Of a stretch of DNA of 64,000 nt, positions 9,827 through 19,791 are shown piece by piece. Below the pieces are notes generated by a model. The model was not told where the DNA came from and did no database searches. It saw only the letters and a program-made list of their open reading frames with translations. The number at the start of each line of letters is the position of its first letter. The first letter of the stretch is position 1. Origin of the DNA: Sphingobacteriales bacterium. GTDB lineage: Bacteria > Bacteroidota > Bacteroidia > Chitinophagales > JADJOU01. A program made the position numbers and the translations under genes. The stretch lies in assembly GCA_021297855.1 (NCBI GenBank), contig JAJTHM010000049.1, positions 6,531-70,530 on the forward strand. Direction: 5' to 3'.

Positions 9827-10387
9827 TTATACGGTCAATATCTCTTTTTCCTTGACCTCAAGGACCTTATCTACTTTCACAATGAACTCGTCAGTGAGTT
9901 TTTGTATCTTCTCTTCGCCTCCTTTCATCATATCTTCTGAAACTCCATCGGACTTCAGTTTTCTAATGCTTTCATTATGTTCTCGACGTATATTTCTTAT
10001 GACCACTTTTGACTTTTCTGTTTCGGCCTTCGCTTGCTTTACTAAATCTTTTCTTCGTTCTTCGGTAAGTGGAGGCACCGCTATGCGTATGACCTGACCA
10101 TCGTCTTGCGGATTCAAGCCTATGTTAGCTTGCATTACCGCTTTCATAATGGCCTGAATTTGACTTTTATCCCAGGGTTGCAATACGAGCATTCTAGCAT
10201 CAGGGGTTGAAATGCTGCACACGGCTGACAGCTGTGACATAGAGCCATAAGCTTCTACCAGAATACCATTGAGCATAGACGGATTGGCTTTACCTGCTCT
10301 AATTTTAAGCATCTCTTCTTCCAAATGTTCTACTGCTCGATTAAATTTTGATTTGGCGTCATCTATAATACTGCTGATATCTGACAT
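9827..10387 (-). CDS. frr: ribosome recycling factor
   Basis: At 186 aa it is full length. The motifs LEEEMLKIRAGKANPSMLNGILVEAYGS and PPLTEERRKDLVKQAK are the canonical RRF sequence. Confidence 0.95.
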   Translation of the reverse strand: MSDISSIIDDAKSKFNRAVEHLEEEMLKIRAGKANPSMLNGILVEAYGSMSQLSAVCSISTPDARMLVLQPWDKSQIQAIMKAVMQANIGLNPQDDGQVIRIAVPPLTEERRKDLVKQAKAETEKSKVVIRNIRREHNESIRKLKSDGVSEDMMKGGEEKIQKLTDEFIVKVDKVLEVKEKEILTV

Positions 10388-10468
10388 GTTGTTCGTTTTT
10401 TCAGTTATTTATTTAGTTTTTTCAATTAGTTCAATTGAAGTTTCTTACTTGAATCTTGTCACTTTTTT

Positions 10469-12265
10469 TTAATCATTGAGTTTTAAAACTGCCAAAAATG
10501 CCTCTTGGGGTACTTCAACTTTCCCGAACTGACGCATTTTTTTCTTTCCCTTCTTTTGCTTTTCGAGAAGTTTTCTTTTACGAGAAATATCGCCACCATA
10601 GCACTTCGCAGTCACATCTTTTCGCATAGCAGAAATCGTTTCTCTCGCAATAATTTTCATGCCAATAGCAGCCTGAATAGCAATCACAAATTGTTGTTTG
10701 GGTATGAGCTCTTTTAATTTTTCACACAATTTACTGCCAAAACCATAGGCTTTATCACGATGAATCATACTAGAAAAAGCATCTACATTTTCTCCATTGA
10801 GTTTGATATCAAGCTTTACCAAGTCTCCAGGTCTAAATCCTATTAACTGATAATCAAAGGATGCATAGCCCTTGGAAATAGATTTCAATTTATCATAAAA
10901 GTCAAATACAATCTCCGCTAATGGCATTTCAAACTGAAGTTCTACCCGTGTCGGAGTCAAATAGTGCTGATTTTGTAAAATTCCTCTCTTCTCCATACAC
11001 AAATTCATCAAACTACCTATAAACTCAGGTTTGGTGATTATTTGTGACTTTATCCAAGGCTCCTCTATTCTATCCAATGTAGTCACATCAGGCAGTTCTG
11101 CTGGATTGTGCAGATACATAGCTGTTTCTTTATCTTTGCTCAGATAGCAATTATAGCTCACCTGAGGAACGGTAACTATGATGTTTTGATCAAATTCACG
11201 CTCGAGTCGTTCACTCACAATTTCCAAATGTAAAAGTCCTAAGAACCCGCATCTAAAGCCAAAACCCAATGCGATTGAAGTTTCAGGCTCATAAACCAAG
11301 GACGCATCATTTAATTGCAGTTTCTCCAAACTATCTCGCAAATCTTCAAAATCATCTGAGTCGATAGGGTAAATACCCGCGAAGACCATGGGTTTGACAT
11401 CCTCAAATCCCTTGACACTCTCCGTCGACGGATCACTAGCTAGTGTAATAGTATCTCCTACTTTGATTTCTTTTGCTTGTTTGATACCTGTAATGATATA
11501 ACCCACATCGCCTGGACCTAACACATCTTTTATCTCAGGCTTCAATCTTAAGATACCTATTTCGTCTGCGTTGTAATCTTTCTGTGTAGCTAAGAATCTA
11601 ATTTTATCATTCTTCCGCAACGTGCCATTAAAAATTCTAAAATAGGCAATCACTCCTCTAAACGGATTGAAAACAGAATCAAAAATCATAGCCTGAAGCT
11701 TAGCTCCTTCTGTATATTTAGGTGCTGGTATTCTTTCAATCACTACTTTTAAAATACCTTCAATACCAATGCCTGAGCGACCACTAGCCTCCAAGATTGA
11801 TTCTCGTTCACAACCGATGAGATCGACTATCTGATCTTTTACCTCTTCGATCATAGCCCCATCCATATCTATTTTATTGACTACGGGTATAATTTCCAGG
11901 TCATTTTCCAATGCCAAATAGAGATTAGAAATAGTCTGCGCTTGTATGCCCTGAGTCGCATCTACTAGAAGCAATGCCCCTTCGCAGGAAGCTATCGATC
12001 TAGAAACTTCATAGGAAAAATCTACGTGACCAGGTGTGTCTATCAGATTAATGGTATAGTCTGTACCTTCAAATGGGTAGTCCATCTGTATGGCATGACT
12101 TTTAATGGTTATACCTCTCTCTTTCTCTAGGTCCATATCGTCAAGAAGCTGATCCTCTCGCTCTCTCTCGGTAATGGTGTTGGTAAATTCTAATAGTCTG
12201 TCTGCCAAGGTAGATTTACCGTGGTCAATATGGGCGATAATACAAAAATTACGAATTGGCTTCAT
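10469..12265 (-). CDS. lepA: translation elongation factor 4 (LepA)
   Basis: [22 protein letters not shown] (G1), DTPGHVDF (G3) and NKID (G4) are present, with the LepA C-terminal domain. The ATG at 12265 (MKPIRNF) is preferred over the TTG at 12277. Confidence 0.97.
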   Translation of the reverse strand: MKPIRNFCIIAHIDHGKSTLADRLLEFTNTITEREREDQLLDDMDLEKERGITIKSHAIQMDYPFEGTDYTINLIDTPGHVDFSYEVSRSIASCEGALLLVDATQGIQAQTISNLYLALENDLEIIPVVNKIDMDGAMIEEVKDQIVDLIGCERESILEASGRSGIGIEGILKVVIERIPAPKYTEGAKLQAMIFDSVFNPFRGVIAYFRIFNGTLRKNDKIRFLATQKDYNADEIGILRLKPEIKDVLGPGDVGYIITGIKQAKEIKVGDTITLASDPSTESVKGFEDVKPMVFAGIYPIDSDDFEDLRDSLEKLQLNDASLVYEPETSIALGFGFRCGFLGLLHLEIVSERLEREFDQNIIVTVPQVSYNCYLSKDKETAMYLHNPAELPDVTTLDRIEEPWIKSQIITKPEFIGSLMNLCMEKRGILQNQHYLTPTRVELQFEMPLAEIVFDFYDKLKSISKGYASFDYQLIGFRPGDLVKLDIKLNGENVDAFSSMIHRDKAYGFGSKLCEKLKELIPKQQFVIAIQAAIGMKIIARETISAMRKDVTAKCYGGDISRKRKLLEKQKKGKKKMRQFGKVEVPQEAFLAVLKLND

Positions 12266-12536
12266 TTGGGTTGGCAAAAATAGGGTTTTATCTCGATACT
12301 AATCAGGAAATTTCTTGATTTTCTTGATTAGTCCAATCAGAAGAATTTAAAATAGCTTAGAAAATCTGTATAATTATGCCGACAGACTAATTTTTAAAAA
12401 GTTTTTTACACAACACTCGTGACTTAGACAAAGTTGATACGACAAGACCATTAATTCCACCTTAGACAAGGAAGATAACCATCTCAAAAAGAATCAAATA
12501 GGAGCATTAAATCAGATTAATTTCCCTAAATATACT

Positions 12537-12655
12537 GCTGAAAGTAATATTAAAACAATAGATTCAGCGAGCTATAAGTCAATTTTTAATCTATTTTGAT
12601 GAATAAAAAATTAGTTTTATGCCGCTGAAAGTACATATATTTGCATAGATTCAGC
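12537..12655. promoter_or_regulatory. two 32-bp palindromic boxes (GCTGAAAGTA-N12-TAGATTCAGC) upstream of the AAA+/nuclease gene
   Basis: The boxes are 12537-12568 (gctgaaagtaatattaaaacaatagattcagc) and 12624-12655 (gctgaaagtacatatatttgcatagattcagc). Their arms are identical and form the inverted repeat GCTGAA...TTCAGC. The second box encloses a TATATTTG -7 box (12636-43), about 30 nt before the ATG at 12675. Confidence 0.5.
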
Positions 12656-12674
12656 AACGTATAAATATATATTT

Positions 12675-14114
12675 ATGGTAGGAAGATATGAGGAAATTTC
12701 AATATTTAACGATCTACTAAATTCTGGAAAGTCTGAATTGGTATTAGTTACGGGACGAAGAAGGGTGGGAAAAACCTATATGATTCGTCAAGTATTAAAG
12801 GAAAATATTTGTTTTGAATTTATAGGAACTCAATACGGAGAACCCAAAAACCAATTAGAAAAATTTTCAGATAAACTAAATCATTATTTCCCTAAACTAA
12901 AAACTAAAAAAAACTACCGAAATTGGACACAAGCACTTCAATCCTTATCCGAAGGAATGGAGACATTAAGAAGGTCAAAAAAGAAGCGAGTGGTCTTTAT
13001 AGATGAATTCCCATGGATAGCGCAGTCTAAATCAAAATTTCTTCAAGAATTTGACTATTGGTGGAATTCGTGGGCATCACAGCAAAATATCCTAGTAGTC
13101 ATCACGGGTTCTGCTACCTCGTGGATGATAAAAAAAATCGTAGAAAACAAAGCGGGCCTTCACAATCGGATTACACAGCGCATTCATCTCAATCCATTTA
13201 CATTAGCGGAGACTAAGCTGTTTTTAGAATCAAAAAAAATCAATCTAGACTACTATCCTATTCTTCAGCTCTATATGGTCACAGGAGGGATTCCTTACTA
13301 TCTTGAAAATATCAAAAAAGGAGAATCCGTGGCTCAAAATATCAATCGTATCTGTTTTTACAAAAATGGGCTATTGAGAAATGAATTTCAGAATTTATAT
13401 CACGCTTTATTTGAAAAAGCCGAAAATCATATAGAAGTCATTAGAGCCTTAGCTACCAAATGGAAAGGACTGACAAGGCAGGAAATCATTCAATCGACTC
13501 GACTCAATGATGGCGGAGGATTGAGCACCATATTAGAAGAACTCGAAACCTGTGGCTTTATCTTAAAAATAATGCCTTATCAGAAAAAAACGAAGGATGC
13601 TCTCTATCGATTAATCGATGAATATAGCTTATTTTACATTCATTTTATCGAAAAATCAAGGGTATCTGACAAGAATGTCTGGCTTCAAAAATCAACTACG
13701 CAGCCATTTAAAATCTGGCAAGGATATGCTTTTGAAAATCTTTGTATGCGTCATCACGAAGCGATTAAGACCGCACTGGGAATTAGCGGCATATTTTCCG
13801 AGATATCTTCTTTTTATCACAAAGGAAACGCTGATACCAATGGCTTTCAGATAGATATGCTCATAGATAGGGCCGATAATACGATGAATATCTGTGAAAT
13901 GAAATTCTATACGAGCGAATTAGTCATTGACAGAGCTTTTGCGGAAACTTTAAGAACTCAAACCGCTCAATTTCAACAAATTTCTAAAACGAAAAAGCTA
14001 CTATTAAATACGCTCATTACGACCTTTGGAGTCTTATCGAATGAGCATAGCTTGTCCCAAATAAACCATATTATTACAGCGGATAAATTATTTAGCTTGG
14101 AAAGATTTAATTGA
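12675..14114 (+). CDS. AAA+ ATPase (Arch_ATPase/COG1672-like) with C-terminal DUF234 PD-(D/E)xK nuclease-like domain
   Basis: Walker A is VTGRRRVGKTY and Walker B is VVFIDEFPW. The C-terminal FENLC...GFQIDMLIDRADNTMNICEMKF fits the E...D...ExK restriction-endonuclease-fold core seen in DUF234. Confidence 0.75.
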   Translation: MVGRYEEISIFNDLLNSGKSELVLVTGRRRVGKTYMIRQVLKENICFEFIGTQYGEPKNQLEKFSDKLNHYFPKLKTKKNYRNWTQALQSLSEGMETLRRSKKKRVVFIDEFPWIAQSKSKFLQEFDYWWNSWASQQNILVVITGSATSWMIKKIVENKAGLHNRITQRIHLNPFTLAETKLFLESKKINLDYYPILQLYMVTGGIPYYLENIKKGESVAQNINRICFYKNGLLRNEFQNLYHALFEKAENHIEVIRALATKWKGLTRQEIIQSTRLNDGGGLSTILEELETCGFILKIMPYQKKTKDALYRLIDEYSLFYIHFIEKSRVSDKNVWLQKSTTQPFKIWQGYAFENLCMRHHEAIKTALGISGIFSEISSFYHKGNADTNGFQIDMLIDRADNTMNICEMKFYTSELVIDRAFAETLRTQTAQFQQISKTKKLLLNTLITTFGVLSNEHSLSQINHIITADKLFSLERFN

Positions 14115-14146
14115 TGTGTAAATTTGCCAATAGAATGTAAAAACAT

Positions 14147-15406
14147 ATGACTTTCCAGAATTCACTTTCCTTCGCCCAATCGCTCGATCAAGCCGACCAA
14201 TTAAAGAACTACCGAGACCAATTTATTTTCCCACAGCATGATGGAAAGGACGTTTATTATTTCACTGGAAATTCACTGGGTCTACAGCCTAAGAAAGCTA
14301 AGCAATATATCTTGGAAGAGTTAGAAGACTGGGGAAAATATGGTGTCGAAGGGCATTTTCAGTCGAGAAGAAACTGGTTTGGCTATCATCATTTCCTCAC
14401 AGATAAAGCTGCTAAAATAGTAGGGGCAAAAACAGAGGAGGTAGCAGTTATGAATACACTCTCTGTCAATCTAAACTTGCTCATGGTTTCTTTTTATAGG
14501 CCACGAGGGCAGCGAACTAAAATCATGATGGAAGCTGCGGCCTTCCCTTCAGACCACTATGCCGTGCAGCAGCAGGTTAAGTTTCATGGATTAAATCCGA
14601 AGGATGATATCATTCTGCTTCATCCAAGACAAGGTGAATATTGTATTCGGACAGAAGATATTTTAAATCTAATAGAAGAAAATAAGGATGAACTTGCCCT
14701 CGTTATGCTCGGTGGGGTCAACTATTACACAGGTCAATTCTTCGACCTAGAGACTATTACTAAAAAAGCACATGACGTAGGAGCCATCGCTGGCTATGAC
14801 TTGGCACATGCTGCAGGAAATATTCTTTTGAAACTACATGAATGGAATGTGGATTTTGCCTGCTGGTGTAGTTATAAATATCTAAACTCTGGGCCTGGTG
14901 GTGTCGCTTCTATTTTTGTGCATGAAAAGCATGGCAACAATCCAGACCTACCTCGCTTTGCGGGCTGGTGGGGCAATGAGGAGAAAGACCGCTTCCTGAT
15001 GAAATCAGAATTCATACCGGCTACAGGAGCTAGTGGCTGGCAACAATCCAATGCACAGATATTTTCCATGGCTGCGCATTTAGCTTCCCTAGAAATGTTT
15101 GAACAAGCGGGAATAGAAAATCTCCGCACCAAAAGTGAGCAGATGACAGGCTATTTAGAAAATTTGCTCAAAGAAATTCCGCAAATAAAAATCATCACAC
15201 CTAGCCATCCTGTGGAACGTGGCTGTCAACTCTCCTTGATAGCTCTCGACAAACCAAAAGAACTTTTCAAGTATTTACAAGAAAATGGTATCATCACCGA
15301 CTGGCGCGAACCCGATGTCATCCGTGTAGCTCCTGTGCCTCTTTACAATAGATACGAAGACTGCTGGGTGCTGGTGGAGAAGATAAGAGAGTTTTATAAA
15401 TTATAA
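14147..15406 (+). CDS. kynU: kynureninase
   Basis: It has the PLP-enzyme motif DFACWCSYKYLNSGPGG (Lys in SYKYL). GWWG and the overall length of 419 aa are typical of KynU. Confidence 0.9.
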   Translation: MTFQNSLSFAQSLDQADQLKNYRDQFIFPQHDGKDVYYFTGNSLGLQPKKAKQYILEELEDWGKYGVEGHFQSRRNWFGYHHFLTDKAAKIVGAKTEEVAVMNTLSVNLNLLMVSFYRPRGQRTKIMMEAAAFPSDHYAVQQQVKFHGLNPKDDIILLHPRQGEYCIRTEDILNLIEENKDELALVMLGGVNYYTGQFFDLETITKKAHDVGAIAGYDLAHAAGNILLKLHEWNVDFACWCSYKYLNSGPGGVASIFVHEKHGNNPDLPRFAGWWGNEEKDRFLMKSEFIPATGASGWQQSNAQIFSMAAHLASLEMFEQAGIENLRTKSEQMTGYLENLLKEIPQIKIITPSHPVERGCQLSLIALDKPKELFKYLQENGIITDWREPDVIRVAPVPLYNRYEDCWVLVEKIREFYKL

Positions 15407-15418
15407 TCTCCTCTCCAT

Positions 15419-18394
15419 TTGAGAATTTTATTTTCGTTCCTGATTCTTTTTAGCTTCTCCCCATGTCAAGGTCAGGAACTATACCATAGAATACTAAATT
15501 CAGACAATGGGCTACCTAGTAATAAAGTGCATAATGTCTATGAGGACTCCAAAGGCTATATCTGGTTCGGAACTGAAAATGGCGTCTGCCGATGGGATAG
15601 CAAAAACTTCGTGACCTATACTATCAAAGATGGCTTACCCAATAATGAAGTCCTCGTCATCTTCGAAGACAGCAAAGGCAGAATCTGGTTTTCTACCTTT
15701 AGCAATGAACTCTGCTATTTACAAAATGGTACTATCTTTAATAGGAAAAATGATAAACGCTTAGAGAAAATAAGCATTATCAAAGGGGGGAAGCTCTGTG
15801 AGCATAAGGGTGCGATATATTATTTTAATTATCCAACAGGCTTGCCACAAAAGTTTAACGTAAGTTCTTTGAAGAATGAGAACAGTAATATTAAAAATAT
15901 AGCTATTGGTAGTCCAGAAATTAGATTTTGGAATAATGATATTGTAAGTTATGGAGGGAATAATGAAACTGGCAAATTTTCTTCTTTTATAATATATGAC
16001 AGTATTTATTGTCATTTTCAAAACTGGAGAATGGATTTTGAATCGAAAAATACTCTGAAGATTATTGATAATAATTCGAAGACATTTTCAAGCGTTCAAA
16101 TAGATTCAATGCTTCCGTTTTTAAAGAAACAGATTCCAAATTATAGGTTTTACAGTAACATAATTAAAGATAGTTCTGGTATGTATCTAAGTAAAAAGGA
16201 AATTCAAGAAACTCATAAAAACTACAAACAAAATCCAATAGTGGGTAGTGAAAATAGTAGAGTTCGCTTTTCAGGAAATTTCATTTCTGATTTACACCAA
16301 TTTCAAGAGTTCTCTTCAGATCTGGTGTTTGTAAATAAAACTAATCTTCAAACTAAAAGTCATAAAAATTTGAATTTTGACTATGATTTAAATCATTCAA
16401 AAATCCTAAACAATAAAATATTTATATTAACCCAAGACAACACATTGTGGTTAAGCAATTTAAATATTCAAAATTTTAAATCGAACACAGACCAACAAAA
16501 TTCAATTCACAAGCTCTTCCTTTTAAATAATAAACTATATCTACTCTATAATAATGGAGTGATAAAAGATTTATATACTAACAAAACAAATCGAGTCTTA
16601 ACTGATGGCAAACTTTATAATCTTGACTTCGGTGAAAATAATCAGCCAATAGCCACTTCATTCCGCTACATTGTTAATATAAAAACAAATACATCAATCA
16701 CAAATTTTCCTTTTGTTTCAAGCCTATTCAAAGGCTTCTCCTACTCACCTAAACACAAACTATATACCATTAACAACAGTAGTCAGGGATTATATATCCA
16801 AGACTTAAAACAAAAAGCCACTAAGATTTCAGATTTAACTACTTATACTTCTTTTATCGATTCTCGCGATAGGCTGTGGATAGGAACGGTGAATAAGCTC
16901 TATGTGACCAATACATTTCTACCAAAAGTAGAAGGCGAAAAAGAAGTAAAACTCAATAAGGACTTTGATATATTTTGCTCTGAAATTAAAGAGGATGCAA
17001 AGGGGAATATCTTTTTTACTACCAATGATGGCGTATATGTCATCGACAAAAATGATAAAAAATATCATATAGATGAGAAGAACTTCCTCAGCTCTAATGA
17101 ATGTGTCACCCTCAAACTAGACAAGCAAAATCATAGTTTCTTCGTAGCGACGAGAAATGGAGTCAATCATATCGGCTATCATATTCATAATGGACAATTG
17201 AAATTTAGCGTCATCAATAAATTTTTCAAAGAGGATGGTCTGACATATAATGAAATCAAAGATATTCTAATAGACGGAGACTCACTCTGGGTTGCCAGTG
17301 CCAAAGGCTTAGATTTGATTTCCGATAAAAATTATAGACCCGATAGTCTCAAAATACCGGTGCATTTTAATAAGATTATTATAAATGATAGTATCTGGAA
17401 ATTAGATACATTTTATCATCTAAATCATAATCAAAATAACCTCAAAATCGATTACTCAGCGATCTACTATCAGCGGAGAGAGCGCCTAGATATCCGCTAT
17501 CGACTTATCAAGGATGGGGATACGTCCGAAGGTAAAATAGAAAACTCTGTACTACAATTATTTTCCCTTGCTTCGGGTAGCTATACGTTGCAGATTTATG
17601 CTTATGATAGAGATTACCCTTATATCCATAGTGAATATCGCACTTTGCGTTTTGAGATTTCTCCTCCATATTATAAGACGTGGTGGTTCTATTCATTGAT
17701 TTTGCTCGGCGCATTGAGTATTCTAGGGGGATTGATGTGGTATAGAAATAAAAACAAACTAGAGCAGGTAAAACTCAAAGGTGAACTCAATAAGTATAAA
17801 TTGCAAGGATTGCAAAACCAGATGAATCCGCACTTTGTCTTTAATTCTATGAGTACGATACAAGATTTAATTCTAACAGAACAAAATGTCGATGCCTTAG
17901 ATTTTATCTCCGATTTTAGCCATTTGATGCGTACCATGCTTCAAAATTCGAGAAATGAGACTATTTCATTAGCGCAAGAAATCAATTTTTTAAAGCGCTA
18001 CATAGAGCTGGAACAAATCCGCTATAGCCATACGTTTGATTATAAATTTGAAACAGAAATTCCAGAAGATGAGTTAAATGATATTTACATTCCCACCATG
18101 ATGATTCAGCCAATAGTAGAAAATGCCATAAAACATGGGGTATCCAATCTTAAAGAGCGCAGAGGACTAATTGATATTCATTTTTCATTGGATAGCGAAG
18201 AGACTTATCTAACGGTGAATATCATAGATAATGGTCAAGGTAAATCTTCTTCGAAATCTAAAAATCATACGTCTACTGCCATCAATGTAATACAGGAAAG
18301 ACTCAACATCTATACGAAAAATAACAGAAAAGGGCAATATAAAGTAGAATATAGTGATAAAGGCACCAGGGCAGAATTAATACTTCCAATTTGA
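15419..18394 (+). CDS. sensor histidine kinase with N-terminal two-component-regulator propeller repeats, Y_Y_Y domain, one TM helix and LytS-type His_kinase/HATPase
   Basis: It has a signal peptide and repeated GLPSN.V..i.EDSKGYIWFGT propeller motifs. These are followed by the Y_Y_Y-like YRLIKDGDTS...GSYTLQIYAYD and a TM helix (WWFYSLILLGALSILGGLMWY). The kinase part carries QMNPHFVFNSMSTIQ (PF06580-type) and an ATPase N box (ENAIKHG). Confidence 0.85.
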   Translation: MRILFSFLILFSFSPCQGQELYHRILNSDNGLPSNKVHNVYEDSKGYIWFGTENGVCRWDSKNFVTYTIKDGLPNNEVLVIFEDSKGRIWFSTFSNELCYLQNGTIFNRKNDKRLEKISIIKGGKLCEHKGAIYYFNYPTGLPQKFNVSSLKNENSNIKNIAIGSPEIRFWNNDIVSYGGNNETGKFSSFIIYDSIYCHFQNWRMDFESKNTLKIIDNNSKTFSSVQIDSMLPFLKKQIPNYRFYSNIIKDSSGMYLSKKEIQETHKNYKQNPIVGSENSRVRFSGNFISDLHQFQEFSSDLVFVNKTNLQTKSHKNLNFDYDLNHSKILNNKIFILTQDNTLWLSNLNIQNFKSNTDQQNSIHKLFLLNNKLYLLYNNGVIKDLYTNKTNRVLTDGKLYNLDFGENNQPIATSFRYIVNIKTNTSITNFPFVSSLFKGFSYSPKHKLYTINNSSQGLYIQDLKQKATKISDLTTYTSFIDSRDRLWIGTVNKLYVTNTFLPKVEGEKEVKLNKDFDIFCSEIKEDAKGNIFFTTNDGVYVIDKNDKKYHIDEKNFLSSNECVTLKLDKQNHSFFVATRNGVNHIGYHIHNGQLKFSVINKFFKEDGLTYNEIKDILIDGDSLWVASAKGLDLISDKNYRPDSLKIPVHFNKIIINDSIWKLDTFYHLNHNQNNLKIDYSAIYYQRRERLDIRYRLIKDGDTSEGKIENSVLQLFSLASGSYTLQIYAYDRDYPYIHSEYRTLRFEISPPYYKTWWFYSLILLGALSILGGLMWYRNKNKLEQVKLKGELNKYKLQGLQNQMNPHFVFNSMSTIQDLILTEQNVDALDFISDFSHLMRTMLQNSRNETISLAQEINFLKRYIELEQIRYSHTFDYKFETEIPEDELNDIYIPTMMIQPIVENAIKHGVSNLKERRGLIDIHFSLDSEETYLTVNIIDNGQGKSSSKSKNHTSTAINVIQERLNIYTKNNRKGQYKVEYSDKGTRAELILPI

Positions 18395-18429
18395 TAAAAT
18401 TATTTCCTTAACATAAATATCTAAGTAAA

Positions 18430-19164
18430 ATGAGAGCTATAATAATAGATGACGAAGAGAGAAGTAGAAGGATATTAAAGAGCTTTATCCAATCATATTG
18501 CCCTATTGTCCAGTTGGTGGGTGAAGCAGAAGACATTGATTCTGCTTATGATGCTATACTCAAATCTAAACCAGAACTGGTGTTTTTAGATATAGATATG
18601 CCTCCTTATACAGGTTTTGACCTCTTAAAAAAATTTGATAGTATCCCATTTGAGATTATTTTCGTTACGGCTTATGATTACTATGCTATAGATGCCATTA
18701 AATTTTCTGCGCTATACTATATTCTCAAACCCATCAAAGTAGAAGAACTCAAAGCTGCTATAGAAAAAGCTTCCATTAAGCTAAATAACCACTCCGATGT
18801 CACCACAAAGTACATCAAGCAACTCAATCCCTCATCCATAGATAGAATAGTAATCAATACTATGAAAGATTCTAACCTAATAAGCCTCGAAGACATACTG
18901 TATATAGAATCGGAAAATATTTACAGTACTTTTCATCTAGTCAGTGACAAAAAAATCACCTGCAGTCAAAAGAATCTGAGCGACTATGAAGAATTGCTGA
19001 GTGATAAAGGTTTTTTCAGAACTCACAGATCCTTCCTAGTCAATTTGAAAAAAATTGAATCCATCTTAAAACAAGAAGGTGGGGAAATATTACTTAAAAA
19101 TAAAGTCTCCCTGCCATTAGCAAGAAGAAGAAAAGAAGATTTTTTGAAAGTGTTTGGTAATTAA
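18430..19164 (+). CDS. LytR/AlgR-family response regulator (REC + LytTR DNA-binding domain)
   Basis: The REC domain (IIDDEE...VFLDIDMP with phospho-acceptor Asp) is followed by a C-terminal LytTR domain (FFRTHRSFLVNL). It lies 35 nt downstream of the kinase gene. Confidence 0.9.
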   Translation: MRAIIIDDEERSRRILKSFIQSYCPIVQLVGEAEDIDSAYDAILKSKPELVFLDIDMPPYTGFDLLKKFDSIPFEIIFVTAYDYYAIDAIKFSALYYILKPIKVEELKAAIEKASIKLNNHSDVTTKYIKQLNPSSIDRIVINTMKDSNLISLEDILYIESENIYSTFHLVSDKKITCSQKNLSDYEELLSDKGFFRTHRSFLVNLKKIESILKQEGGEILLKNKVSLPLARRRKEDFLKVFGN

Positions 19165-19175
19165 TGGATTGATAT

Positions 19176-19571
19176 ATGTCTAATCCAATAATCATTTTCT
19201 ATGATGGGCCATGCGGATTATGCAATCGATTAGTCAACCGACTATTAAGGTTAGATTATAAGAAAAGATTAAAATTTTCACCCTTACAAGGACAAACCGC
19301 TAAAACTATACTACCTAGGGGATTATCCGAAGATTTAAATACTATGGTATTTTTAAAAGATGGAAGACTATATACTAAATCGGATGCTGCATTAGAAGTA
19401 CTGAAAACCCTTGGTGGTGTTTTTTCCTTGTTTTATATTTTCAAACTCATTCCACGAGGTATCCGAGATTCCATCTATGATTTTGTTAGTAAAAATAGAA
19501 TTCGATGGTTTGGCACATTAGACGGCTGCCGAATACCAACGAAGGAAGAGCGAGACCGATTTTTAGACTAA
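19176..19571 (+). CDS. DCC-family thiol-disulfide oxidoreductase (DUF393)
   Basis: The N-terminal FYDGPCGLCNRLV matches the D-C-x-x-C family signature, and the size (about 130 aa) is typical. Confidence 0.8.
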   Translation: MSNPIIIFYDGPCGLCNRLVNRLLRLDYKKRLKFSPLQGQTAKTILPRGLSEDLNTMVFLKDGRLYTKSDAALEVLKTLGGVFSLFYIFKLIPRGIRDSIYDFVSKNRIRWFGTLDGCRIPTKEERDRFLD

Positions 19572-19791
19572 TCCATATCGACTACTTTTATTATTTCTTC
19601 ATTTTTTTTCAATATAAGCTTCCCGTCTTTAAGTTCGAATTCGTCGCCTTCCTTGCCGCCTATTTTTATGGAGGTTCTAGTAGATTTTATACCGTATGTA
19701 TTTCTGTAATAGCCCAATTTCACTACGTTGCATTGCGCTAAACATAAATATCCACGGTATTTACCACTGTAACGAAACAAAACAGATTGAA

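Noticed and set aside
19568-19780. 70-codon TTG-initiated ORF after pspC as a firm CDS (AbrB-like).
   Set aside because: It has only a faint motif resemblance, atypical codon usage, a non-ATG start and an overlap with the convergent gene end. I kept it as a low-interest finding rather than a feature.
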